A stretch of DNA of 64,000 bases from Tubulanus polymorphus (GCF_964204645.1 NC_134029.1:23926950-23990949), one strand, 5' to 3'. Numbered from the stretch's first letter, positions 12,791-24,770 are shown. Made by a program: numbers and translations. The notes: generated from the sequence alone by a model not told the origin.

Positions 12791-15700
12791 TTAAGCAATG
12801 TGACCCCTCAATCGAGTGTTTCATCTGCTTTTATTTGTCTGTTTGTTTTGTGACTTCTTTCAAACTTTCGGTAATGATTTCACAAGATATTGAAATCGAT
12901 TTTCGTCATAACGGATAGATAACGGTTCCGATCATCTACAATGATTTATGGCGTTTGAAACATACTGTTATCAACGGCCAATTTATCATAAAACAGACTT
13001 TAATAAATGCGTGACAACGCATAAGATGTGTAGACATCCGGAATTGTTCAACCATTAATTTTCCGCTTCAGAGAATTTCGAAACCGATGTAAGTCGTCTC
13101 AGTTGGGACAATCATCATGTTGACTACTTACTGGTTTTCATATATCGATTTACACTTAGTAAATACAAATTTGAGACTTAGAAATAGATACGACTTCAGT
13201 AAAATGTGACTCTATGATGATTTGGTCGAGTTTGACTGCAACATGTCGATCATGTTCAAACAAGTGGAACTGATTCAGCAAAAATGTCGACCGTTATGTT
13301 CACATTAGCCATAATTCCGAACTGCACTTTGAAGTATAGTGTCATTTTGCTTGTTTTTCGAAAATAACTCACGGGCGTTTGTACATAATGTATTAGGAGG
13401 GGATGTTTGTTGCAGAGATATCACTTTCCAATATCAACACGAGAAATGTTCACGCTATTTTTGAAATACACGCCATAAATAGCAATATTGATCGATTTAC
13501 TATCATTTTAGCGAATTTCTGGCTATTAGATCGACGCTTAATGTTGCCAGAGAAAACAAGCACAAATCACAAACACAACGCGTAAATGGAATTGCGGGTG
13601 AAACCATCCAACTCTATTCGGTATTCAATACGTATTGCTTTTTCGATGTTTGCGTCGAGCAAATAATAACATATTCAAGCGAACTTCGGTTTGCGTGGTT
13701 CTGCGAAAAAATGCGACGAAAAACAATTCAACAAGAAAATTATTGAATTGATCGAGCACCGTGAAGTCATTTAGATTATCGAATTGAAGCGTAGAACGTG
13801 GTTGAATAGAGTGTTTCACTGCATAGCGAATAAATATCACACTTTTTGAATGGTTGAGTTACGAAGAAAATAACATTCGCGCAACATCTGTTTTCAGTGT
13901 TAATCAAAGCAAATCCGTGGACTCGTACTCTATTGAAATCTCGAGCATTCGACGATTCTTTTCGCCAATACATACATCAAACCAGGTCGGTTTTTCAATT
14001 ATTCGTGCATTTGAATAGAATAGTGAATTCAGATATGCTGTCAACGCTACATTTCAGACCAGTTCTCGAAAATTCGATTGAATCTGATTAAATTCCAACA
14101 CGTATTTTGATTAAATCGATGTGTCTGAATAATGCGTATAAGCAGAAAGAATGTGTATCTCATTAAATCATTCTGAGTATAGGAGTGATTTGGCCTTCAG
14201 TACAGGTTTCAGTTTTGTAGACTGGTATTAGCTCCCGGGTTAAAGTTAATACCAATCTATAAATAAACCGGGCCCTGAGGTTTGACGTCATATTGGCCTC
14301 GTATTGCCCGTAAAGCGAAAGCGGCTCTAACTGGAGTTAAAAGTCACAATATGACGACCATTCGATGTCCAATATGACGTATATATGTAAATGAGGCGCG
14401 TGACGTCCGTGCATAACCCTCTAAAACCATGATTGTTTTATCAGTCAAATTTATATCTGATGAAGACGCATAAAATCATTTAGACGCTGTTGTCAAATGT
14501 TGTGATAGTTCATCTACATGAAACGTGTATAGACCTACGTATAGGGGTGGACGTCACACGTATTGTTCATGTGCGTCATGTTGGCCGTAAAATGGCAGTC
14601 AGCTTAATTTTTTCTGTGGAAGTTCACACAGAAGAATGCAATCTCTCGGATTGATGCTGAACGCGGTGCATTTTTTGCGAGACCAAGTAAATGAACCCGC
14701 TGTGATTAAGCGTGTGATTCTGGTAACTCTGCGTGTGTTCAATCAGATGATGATTACCATCAACATGACGATTTATCGAATCCGTCTATTACTTGCTGTT
14801 CAGTCGTGCGTATTGTTCAGTGTCCCCTGCGCGCCATCGGTGAAAAATTGAGGAATTCAGCGGACAATATCGGCGAACTGCTATCAGATGAGAGGGGGGG
14901 GGGGGGAGTTAATTAATTCTTGCGCCGTCTGGTCGGTGGTAGAGGTTGACAAGGTGCGCGTGCGCGGCGCAACAGAGGGTGATAAACATGAATGATTGAA
15001 CCAAAAACACATCGTGCACCATTTACAAACGTGATCGATTACTACTCATTACCATCGTATAATAAATCATTAAAAACGCATTTCAAAACAATTAACGCAT
15101 GCGATTAAATGATTACTACAGCTATAGTGTATTGTGTGAGTAGTGGTACTGATGGATCGTTCAGGAGTAAGGTCTATTTACTGAAGGACACGGGGACGGA
15201 TTCTGTGAAAATGGTGAGATCTCTGTCAACTGAAGGTCATCAACAAATATCCATCAGTTTTACGGGTATGATTGATATAGAATATCGATCAACTAGCTGT
15301 TGATTAATCCTTACCGTATGATTAATCATTTTCACATTCACGTGTTAATCCGATAAACCAAATTAACGCACAGAAAACATAAAACATGGTAATAAATGGA
15401 TTTACGATATGTTTTTTCTTCATTGGCGGATCCAGGAGTAACGGTGGCCCAAAACTTCCTGTCCAAAGTTTTATACACCTCATGGTATGTGGAGAGCCGC
15501 AGCGCCTTAGGTGTGAAGCCCTTGAGGAAGGTTGGGGCGCAACCTTAGAAAATTTGAAAAATGTATCATCAAAAGTGATTCTAAAACAAAATTACCACGC
15601 AGTTTTTGTGCTATCTTGGCAAAAATAAGAAGTTGGTCTCAGTCCAGGACTCGCACTTAATCCGTCCCCGTTTTTTGATCGCCGTCAAACAGCCGTTGTT

Positions 15701-15972
15701 TAATCCTGGCACGTCTGACCTGTTTTACCGGACGGAGTCTATTGGCAATCAATTAACGATATCGAATAAAAACCATGTTTTTTGTTCCTCTGAAGATGAG
15801 GTTTAGTTTTAACCTCGAAACCGTTAGGAAATAAACTGTTTCTACAAATCTACTGTGGGTCTTTATTCGTTAACTATACTGAGATTTATATCGGTCCACA
15901 GTCGTACTAACGATATCATTTTCATTTCAGGATGTTGATTTCGTCATAGTAACCACATATTCACCAGTAGCT

Positions 15973-17151
15973 ATGGCAACGACGGTCGCATCAACCGGAA
16001 ATGGGTCCTCGGTTTCTGGAGGGCCCGTCGTGTCTGCGGTTGACTATGTCGAAACGAAAGTAGCCATTGACATATACAAGTATTTCGCCCCTATCATTAT
16101 TTCTGTCGGGTTAATTGGTAATTCTCTCGCTATATGCGTTTTGTCTCGCGGTAAAGTAGGAAAGCTAACGACATCGACATTATTAATAGCTCTAGCGGTG
16201 GCTGACACATGCGCACTATTGACCGGACTCTTGCGCTTCTCCATCAAAGCACTAACAGATCCGTCTATTGACGTGCGACATCTATCGGGGCTTTCCTGTC
16301 CGATACACACGTTTTTCGTCTATTTCAGCGTACATATGGCCGTGTGGATTCTGGTTCTGGTGACGATAGAACGTTTCATTTCGGTCATATTCCCCGTAAA
16401 AGCTAAAACGTTGTGCACGCAACCGCGCATGTTGGCTGCATTAGCCTGCGTATTCACAATACTGCTACTGGTGGACGGCCACTTGCTATACGGCGTTCGA
16501 TCCAACGTGGACGAGGTGACACAGAAAGTCACATCGTGCACTCACGTTGATGGTAACTATCGCGGATTTTGGAATCAAGAATGGGTTTGGATCGATCTGT
16601 GCGTGTTGTCTATCGTGCCGTTTTTCGTAATTTTAATCTGTAACATAATGATCATTTCCAAAGTACGCGTTTCGCAGAAAAGCATAAATAAACTACGGTC
16701 AACGAACCCCGGCCACGGAAAACAGCCCGAATCAGTTTCTAAAGTTACAAACATGACCGCCATGTTGTTAACAGTAAATTTTGTTTTTCTCATAACCACT
16801 TTACCATCGTCTATATACTTAGCATTTTGGACGGATTTACCCGTAGATTTAACCGATCACGAATTAGCCATTCACGATCTCGTGTTTAGTTGCGTTAACG
16901 TGTGGACCTACGTTAGCAATGCCATCAACTTCCTCCTCTATTGCGTCAGCGGTCCGCGGTTTCGCGAACAATTCGTCGCCTTATTCAAGAGAGCTCGTGT
17001 ACAACCGAGTAACGAAGAAACGTACGAGAACGAACAACCGAACCATCGACCACGATCGGCATCTAGCGACGCGTTTACAAAAGCGATCCCTAATGGCATC
17101 GATAGATCTAATACGAGATCGGTGTTTTTAGTAGATTCGTCTAACGTTTAG
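15973..17151 (+). CDS. Class A (rhodopsin-like) GPCR, peptide-receptor type (FMRFamide-receptor/GPR139-like group); single coding exon
   Basis: 392 aa with 7 hydrophobic helices; GLIGN (TM1), LAVAD (TM2), TIERF (DRY equivalent), TLPS (TM6), NAINFLLYCVSGPRFR (TM7/H8). Splice acceptor TTTCAG at ~15925-15930 just upstream. Confidence 0.93.
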   Translation: MATTVASTGNGSSVSGGPVVSAVDYVETKVAIDIYKYFAPIIISVGLIGNSLAICVLSRGKVGKLTTSTLLIALAVADTCALLTGLLRFSIKALTDPSIDVRHLSGLSCPIHTFFVYFSVHMAVWILVLVTIERFISVIFPVKAKTLCTQPRMLAALACVFTILLLVDGHLLYGVRSNVDEVTQKVTSCTHVDGNYRGFWNQEWVWIDLCVLSIVPFFVILICNIMIISKVRVSQKSINKLRSTNPGHGKQPESVSKVTNMTAMLLTVNFVFLITTLPSSIYLAFWTDLPVDLTDHELAIHDLVFSCVNVWTYVSNAINFLLYCVSGPRFREQFVALFKRARVQPSNEETYENEQPNHRPRSASSDAFTKAIPNGIDRSNTRSVFLVDSSNV

Positions 17152-17353
17152 TTCAATCCTGGAGATTACGACAACTACTTGTAATTCGAGTGATTGATTA
17201 ATTATTATTTTGGTCATTAGATATAATATCTTCAACTCTCTCCCTTCTCAATTTACCTCACCAACCCGGACATTAGCTTCACGTGTTTTATGATCACGCT
17301 ACTTTACAATAAAATCAGCAAAATGCGCACAAGTAAAAGCTATAAGTTTTGTC

Positions 17354-17554
17354 GACAAATCTCCGGGCGACTTGTGAGAGACAAATCTCCGGGCGACTTG
17401 TGAGAGACAAATCTCCGAGCGACTTGTGAGAGACAAATCTCCGAGCGACTTGTGAGAGACAAATCTCCGAGCGACTTGTGAGAGACAAATCTCCGAGCGA
17501 CTTGTGAGAGACAAATCTCCGAGCGACTTGTGAGAGATGAATCTCCCCGCGACT
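17354..17554. repeat. 26-bp minisatellite (TTGTGAGAGACAAATCTCCGAGCGAC)n, ~7.5 copies
   Basis: Contiguous direct units with no spacers, downstream of Ly6-like copy 1. Confidence 0.95.
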
Positions 17555-17800
17555 TAAAAGATATATATCGAAGAATTAGCGTGTCAAATTCTTTCCAGTT
17601 ATGTGATTTATTCTAAAATCATATTTCTGATGAGGTCTATAAAATCACTATCATTATTCAAACGTTGATAGTAAATATATAAGTGTTTTGTACTTGGTGG
17701 ATTATATATACCTTACTGTTTGTGTGGACAGGTCGTAAGATAAGTAACTACATATTAGAACTTGTTACATAGAAATCAGGCGGCCGTGATAGTACAAAAT

Positions 17801-18993
17801 CTATCTTACGTAATTCAACAAGACGACTGTCACACCGACGACCAGCGCACCCACAGAGAACCCAACCGATCTGCCCGAGTTACAATTATTCTTGTCATCA
17901 CAACATATTTTCATTGAATTGGTGATTTGGTTTACCCCGGAAGACGCAAGAGATTCTATTTCCTTTTGATCTGAATCATTAGCTGTTTCTCCCTTATTCA
18001 TCGCACTGCAGTGACCGGCGGCTGCGGCTGATGCCCCGGCACATTTCTGAATATAAGCTTTTTTATCGTTGAATTCAAAGTAATATTTCTGAAAAAGAAT
18101 AAGTTGCTTCTGTATACATTGGGTCTAATTGTGAATTCAGCTCACAGCTGAACCATTCCAACCGGATAGAAATCGTGTCACGTGACGCTTACCAGACATG
18201 TGGTACATTGAATCATCTTCGGTTGCGGACAAACAGGGACGTTCTTACACACATTCTCAATACAACCCAACCCCTGCGTGCCTGAAAGCAGTTTCATATC
18301 ATATACTTTTTGTATCCGGTTCCGCGTTTATTCGTTTTTCGTGGAATAGATTAAAAGAATGCACAACAAGGCGTTAGATTGAAACTAGTTGTCGCACTGT
18401 TAGTAGTTTATTCATGATTAATGAAAAAACCTGTTTATGCAGCACAAATATATTAAACTTGATACAATGCCAGAAATCTTATTTTTGTGTTAAGATTCTT
18501 CGAAAAGCTTTTGTATGTTGAACTATTTTTCACTTTGATCTGTATTTCATCTCGGTGACCATAAGCAGTCACTCCACCGTATTTGCAACACAAGCGTTTC
18601 CACTATTTTCAATCTATTTTAGATTTTTCGACGATTCGAGTCTGATTTCCGATATCGGCGATTTTTAATCGAATAGCCCTTCCCCTTAATTTGGCTCGAG
18701 TCGTCCATCTCCCTTTTCGTCACAAAGATTAAAGGTACGTATCGTTAAAAAGGTGTGCCCGATTGTTGCAGCCGAGAAAAATGAAATAAACACCATCAGA
18801 AAATAGGAATTGTCACCTTTAACGATATATAAGTTTAATTGTTATTGTGGCAAAAGAGACATGGGCGACAATAAATCGCGCTTAAAGTTTGACTATGAAA
18901 AATGTTAAAATCTGTCCAGCAACGCGGGTTCTTACCTTCATAACACAGAGCTGACAAAACTGTAAGGATGACGATTCCACGTACGAGCGACAT
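17801..18993 (-). CDS. GPI-anchored Ly6/uPAR (three-finger)-like protein, copy 1; 3 exons
   Basis: Exons 18936-18993, ~18193-18281, 17801-~18088 give MSLVRGIVILTVLSALCYEGTQG-LGCIENVCKNVPVCPQPKMIQCTTCL-KYYFEFNDKKAYIQKCAGASAAAAGHCSAMNKGE...MKICCDDKNNCNSGRSVGFSVGALVVGVTVVLLNYVR. This has a signal peptide, 10 mature Cys, a CCxxxxxCN motif and a hydrophobic GPI-type tail. Confidence 0.85.
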
Positions 18994-19665
18994 TTTGACT
19001 GTTTTCAGTTCTCTTACAAAAGATCGAATGTCACTTTCACTTTGTTCAAAAGGGTATTGTAATTGTTAACAGTGGTACGTATGAACTATTATGATATAAA
19101 ACATATATGCTGGTATATTGAATATAAAATATATATGCTGGTATATTAGATAAAAATTAAAGAGATTCGACGAATAAAAACTGGGGTGAACGCATTAGAA
19201 ACTCCGATAAGTTATCGGAGTTGTCGTTAGCGATAAAACTAAAGACGCGGAAGGGAAATAAAATCACATTTCTAATCAGCAGGGCCCAGGATTACAGTTG
19301 CACTTTCCAGTTTAGAGTTACAGCCTTCAGGCTCCGGGCAGTAGTCCATCGTAGATAATTATCTAAGAAGTTGTTATATTATGTATTAAAAGTGTCAATC
19401 TTGTAATGTGCATAAAGAAATGTTTAATTTTGTATTTGTATAATGTATTGTTCTATGAAAAATAAATCAATCAATCAAAAAGTACACAAATCTAAACTGT
19501 TATTGAATTGCATGATCGGCTAGTGAACCCGGAAGGTCTGATTGTACACCGAATAAGAGACCAGTCACTATTCAAATGTGTAGTAGGCCTCCATGTATAT
19601 AAAATAAATGTCACTATTTCTGAATGCAGAATGGAGGAATACCGGTACGCCTTTGTTACTGAAAC

Positions 19666-19701
19666 CAGGGAAGTGTAATGAAGCGTCATTACACTTCCCT
19701 G
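19666..19701. mobile_element. 36-bp palindromic DNA-transposon remnant with 7-bp target site duplication
   Basis: CTGAAAC [CAGGGAAGTGTAATGA agcg TCATTACACTTCCCTG] CTGAAAC; a paralogous empty site with a single CTGAAAC lies at 25361-25387. Confidence 0.85.
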
Positions 19702-20463
19702 CTGAAACCAACGACTGTTAGAACAATAAGGAAGATCATCTGCTTGGTCGGCTTCCGACCGGAACAACTGCGTAGTACAAACTGCAAACTAATAGTATAT
19801 CTCATGTGTCCTATTCTATCTCAACTTTGCCTTATATATAATATTCCCACATAGTAACAAAACTTAACAAAAGCTTAATAGACAATTTGAGCAACAACAA
19901 GCATTAAACAAAGAGAGTGAGGCATATGACTAATTACTTTACAAACACGACTGACAAATACATTTCTACACAAAATAAATAACAATAAATAAATAACAAG
20001 TCGCTATAACTGCTTATTCATGTTTTCAAGTGGCATGCATTGTCGGTACAAAATACTATAGAACCACATCTGAGTCGGTGTCGGCGTTCCTGCACACTCA
20101 TAGTTAGAAATACCAGGTAAAACAGTTCGACCTGTAGTTTAGTTAAAAAATCACAAACAAACATCAAATGAAATACGTCACGGAAAACAAATACACCAAT
20201 TTTGATCTTTTTTGGACGGTTGAAGATGTGCGCGCGTCGCTCCGTTGAATGATGTCCTCCCGATGTATGACAATGAATAATAAATATGAGCTCGTTATAA
20301 TCTAGTGATTTATTCATCATTATTTTGGTCATTAGATATAATATCTACAACTGTCTCTTCTCCATTAACCTTATAAACCCGGACATTGTCTTCACGTGTT
20401 TTATGAACACGCTTCTTTACAATACAACCAGCAAAATGCGCACAGTGAAAGCTAAAGTTTTGT

Positions 20464-20558
20464 CGACAAATCTCCGAGCGACTTGTGAGAGATGAATCTC
20501 CGAGCGACTTGTGAGAGATGAATCTCCGAGCGACTTGTGAGAGATGAATCTCCGAGCG
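20464..20558. repeat. 26-bp minisatellite variant (..GAGAGATGAATCTCCGAGCGAC..), ~3.5 copies
   Basis: Same unit as 17354-17554 with a CA->TG change; downstream of Ly6-like copy 2. Confidence 0.92.
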
Positions 20559-20855
20559 AAGAAATATATCGAAAAATTGGCGTAACAAATTCTTTCCAGT
20601 TGTGTAATTTATTCTAAAATCTTATTTCTGATGAGGTGTATAAAACCATTATTATTATTCAAAACGTTGATTAAAAATACATGTATAATTCACTAGTGTT
20701 TTGTACTTGGTGGATTATATCTAACTGTTACTGTTTGTGAAGACAGGTCGTAATAAATAGGTATCTACATCTATAAGAACTTATTACTTACAAATCAGGT
20801 ATTATCATCATAGGTGTGTGCGTATATTATTTTACTACTAGAGTGACTTCAAAAT

Positions 20856-21912
20856 CTATTTTATGTAATTCAAAAAGACGACTGTTACACCGACGACCAG
20901 CGCACCCACAGAGAACCCAACCGATCTGCCCGAGTTGCACATTTTCTTGTCATCGCAACATATTTTCATTGAACCAGTGATTTGGTTTTTCCCAGCAGAC
21001 GCGAGAGTCTCGATGTCCGCTATATCTCCCACATTAGCTTGTTCTCCCTTATTCATCGCACTGCAGTGACCAGCGGCTGCGGCTGATGCCCCGGCACATT
21101 TCTGAATATAAGCTTCTTTACCGTTGAATCCAAAGTAATATTTCTGAAATTTAAAATAGGTCATCATCTTTCAGCTGATTCATTCCAACCGGGTAGAATT
21201 ATAATCATGTTACAGAGATGGCGCTTACCAGACATGATGTGGTACATTGAATTGTCTTCGGTTGTGGACAATCGGGGACGTTCTTGCACACATTTTCCAT
21301 ACAATCCAACCCCTGAGTGCCTAAAAGTAGTAATGTAATGTAATTTATTTCATCATCAATAAATCACAATTACAAATAGAATAGTTTAATAAGTTTTATG
21401 ACTTATGGACCTCCCGAAAATGGCACCGGTAACTGGAAAGTTCGCTATTCCATTTTAGTGACCGGAAAAAGATTTTCGAAGAGGAATCAGAGACAATTTC
21501 TTCTCGTTTTAGATTTTTGATTTTCTAGCAACCTCATTTGCATATCAGGAATTTTACGTTATGGTCCGATTCAGCCATGTTCCCATTTGATATCAATACA
21601 CTTTTATACTATTTGTCTGTTGGACCATTCATTCATTACGCACGTATAAGATTCCGATTTTAACCCCCCCCCTCACCCCTGTACGCAAGCATCCGTTCAG
21701 AGCCACCCCCTCCCCCAGCGTCTGTAGGTACTATCAACAACTCGTGTACAAATAAATATATACAGTATAAACTATTCATTCGTACACTGTTGTCTCATCA
21801 ACCAGTTGATGTTGACAGTGAATCGGAAGAGAAGATGAAGAATCTGTAACTTACCTTCATAGCACAGAGCTGATAAAACAGCAAGGACGACTATTCCACG
21901 TACGAGCGACAT
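20856..21912 (-). CDS. GPI-anchored Ly6/uPAR-like protein, copy 2; 3 exons
   Basis: Exons ~21855-21912, ~21229-21320, 20856-~21143 give MSLVRGIVVLAVLSALCYEGTQG-LDCMENVCKNVPDCPQPKTIQCTTSCL-KYYFGFNGKEAYIQKCAG...KICCDDKKMCNSGRSVGFSVGALVVGVTVVFLNYIK. Confidence 0.85.
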
Positions 21913-22350
21913 TTTGACTGTTTTCTGTTCGTTGTTGAATGATCGAATGTCGGTTAAGTATAAAGTTGGTATATATAGTATCGGAATGTCAATTCCAAAA
22001 CTAGTTTCTGTTAGGCCTACTACAACACTCTGTGTATATGCGCTGAAGAACTCCTCAATTGGTTTTAGGAGTGTTGCAATTATTGACAATGGCAACGATT
22101 GATTTGAAACACTTAATGTAAAAAAGGTATCTCCTTGGAGATAGAGTAAACATAATGTAAATAGACTCAATGAACAAAAATGCTAATAATGGGATGAAGT
22201 GAGGACGTGCATGGGAAATAAAATCATGATATTTCCTATCAGCAGGGCCTCAGGACTACAGTTGCAATTCCAAGTAGGCCTACAAAAATTTCAGCAGTCT
22301 TAATATTCATACGGGTCTTGACTTGTAAGATTGGTCTCTAATTGGTCCTT

Positions 22351-22493
22351 GGGGCTGGTTGCATAGTCATGGCTAAGACTTAAGACCAGTAGTCTCAGAC
22401 CAACTTAGTCCTATAGCCAATCTAACAATTTAAGACCAGTCTTAAGATTTAAGACCACTTTTGGACTTAAGTCACGACTGTGCAACTGGCTCC
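22351..22493. mobile_element. MITE family A copy
   Basis: GGGGCTGGTTGCATAGTCATGGCT...AGTCACGACTGTGCAACTGGCTCC, homologous to 2568-2707. Confidence 0.85.
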
Positions 22494-22630
22494 TGATTTC
22501 CAAAATATAAGACAAATCATATGACGCAAATATGATTTATATTTTCTCTCTCGATTTACATTGAATAAAACATGATTGTATATCAGAATTGACGTCAGAA
22601 ACCAGTCACAAGTAAAAGCTATAAGTTTTG

Positions 22631-22727
22631 TCGACAAATCTCCGGGCGACTTGTGAGAGACAAATCTCCGAGCGACTTGTGAGAGACAAATCTCCGAGCG
22701 ACTTGTGAGAGACAAATCTCCCAGCGA
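22631..22727. repeat. 26-bp minisatellite, ~3.5 copies
   Basis: Same unit as 17354-17554; downstream of Ly6-like copy 3. Confidence 0.92.
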
Positions 22728-22925
22728 ATTGTATGATATTCACACTGCCTGTGTGCATCCTCCAGAAATATATGAATATGGGAAAAACCGGAGCCGCCCA
22801 AGCGACGGCCCAAACACTCCGAAAAGGCATTGCAAAAAACCCGAGAATAGTGAGAGAATTACATCGAAGAACAAGCGATAACAAATTCTTTCCAGTTTTG
22901 TGATTTATTCTAAAAGCATTATCAA

Positions 22926-22958
<33 letters not shown>

Positions 22959-23102
22959 CAAAACGTTGATTGTAAAATATATATATTAGTGTTTTGTACA
23001 TTGGTGGATGATATTTTACCGTTATTGTGTCAACAGGCCGTAATTAATACGTGACTACTACATATTATAGGAACTTGCTACATAAAATCAGCATGCAATC
23101 AA

Positions 23103-23273
23103 TTTAATGAACAAAACCCACAGTTTATCTTCATGATATAACTAATTATTCTCACGGTTGCGAAGTTTAGAATAAACGGACAATGTTAGTTTCTCTGATG
23201 ATGAAGTAGTCAAGATTTCGAGACTGTCAGAAAATATATTGTTTAATCATCAACTGTTGGTTTTGTTCATTAA
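23103..23273. mobile_element. Inverted-repeat-bounded insertion carrying a degenerate minimal hammerhead motif (possible Penelope-like fragment)
   Basis: TTAATGAACAAAACC(C/A)ACAGTT inverted ends; internal TTTCT-CTGATGA-TGAA...TTC-GAGA-CTG-TC-AGAAA at 23190-23233; absent from the matching flank of Ly6 copies 1 and 2. Confidence 0.55.
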
Positions 23274-23366
23274 CGCTGAAATAAGATTATATCAGTTTAT
23301 TACCAATCATGTGATACATTTTCATATGGTGAATACACTATACTTTACTTCTACTGGCTCAGAAAT

Positions 23367-24770
23367 CTATCTTATGTAATTCAAGAAGACGACCGTCACA
23401 CCGACGACCAGCGCACCCACAGAGAACCCAACCGATCTGCCCGAGTTACAATTATTCTTGTCATCACAACATATTTTCATTGGATTGGCGATTTGGTTTG
23501 CCCCGGAAGACGCAAGAGATTCTATTTCCTTTTGATCTGAATCATTAGCTGTTTCTCCCTTATTCATCGCACTGCAGTGACCAGCGGCTGCGGCTGATGC
23601 CCCGGCACATTTCTGAATATAAGCTTTTTTATCATTGAATTCAAAGTAATATTTCTGAAAAAGAATAAGTTGCTTCTGTATACATTGGGTCTAATTGTGA
23701 ATTCAGCTCACAGCTGAACCATTCCAACCGGATAGAAATCGTGTCACGTGACGCTTACCAGACATGTGGCACATTGAATCATCTTCGGTTGCGGACAAAC
23801 AGGGACGTTCTTACACACATTCTCAATACAACTCAACCCCTGGGTGCCTGAAAGCAGTTTCATATTATGCCTTTCATTTCTAATATCGTGTTTATTCGTT
23901 TTTTCCAGGAATAAATGAAAATAATGCACAACAGCACGTTGAATTGAAACCAGTTGTCACGCACTGTGAAGGGGTGTATTCATGATTTATGAAATAATAA
24001 CTGTTTACAGTACAGATATATAACCTTGAGACAATGACATTATTTCAGACATCGAATTTAGGCGCAAACAGAAAAGCTCAGTTTAGTCTTCTTTTTGGAA
24101 TTGTTTAGATTTTTCGCGAAAAGCGTTTGTTCATCTTCAACTAAAGTTCGATCTAGATTTTTTTTCTCGGTGTCAGGGCGTTTCCTAAATGGACACGTTT
24201 TCAATCCTTTTTGACCGGATAAAACAAAGAATTGCTTTTTTTATTATCAGAGTTTCCAGTTACTAGGTGCCATTTTGAGGTGGTCTCGTGGGACCCGCGT
24301 TGTTGGATAGATCTATACATGTTTTAAACTAAAACCATATGCACGAGTCGCCCATCTCTCCCTAGTTAAAAATAGAGTTATGTGTCGTTGGAAAGGTGAA
24401 AATTTCTATTTTCTGATGAGGTGTGTTTAATTTTTTCGGCTGCAATAATCGAACACAGATATACAGTTTAAAAGAAATGTCACTTTTAGTATAAGAAATT
24501 GTTTTTTTTTTGGGTAAAAAATGTTAAAATCTGTCCAGCCAGTGCGACCCAAAATGGCACAACGAAACTTTCCTATTTCATTTCAGCTACCGGACTAAAT
24601 ATATATTCGGAGAATCATTTTTCCTTGTTTTAGATCTAAAGTTTTCTAGCGTCCGGCCCGTAACGGCCCGAATCAACCACTAATACATTCCAATTCAGTG
24701 TATGTAACTTACCTCCATAGCACAGAGCTGATAAAACTGCAAGAATGACGATTCCGCGGATGAGCGACAT
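23367..24770 (-). CDS. GPI-anchored Ly6/uPAR-like protein, copy 3; 3 exons
   Basis: Exons ~24713-24770, ~23759-23847, 23367-~23654 give MSLIRGIVILAVLSALCYGGTQG-LSCIENVCKNVPVCPQPKMIQCATCL-KYYFEFNDKK...KICCDDKNNCNSGRSVGFSVGALVVGVTVVFLNYIR. Confidence 0.85.

Noticed and set aside
16044-16799. Minus-strand ORFs overlapping the first GPCR
   Set aside because: Antisense shadows of a long coding exon with no independent motifs
17354-17554. CRISPR-like array of 26-bp repeats
   Set aside because: Units are contiguous with no unique spacers, no cas genes are present and the context is eukaryotic
17626-17640. CTGATGAG hammerhead core (also at ~20628 and ~24413)
   Set aside because: No stem II-GAAA or complementary stem I follows
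17299-23001. ORFs with SLTSRSEICLSQVARRFVSHK repeats (17299-17514, 20310-20588, 22467-23001)
   Set aside because: Artefacts of the stop-free 26-bp minisatellite
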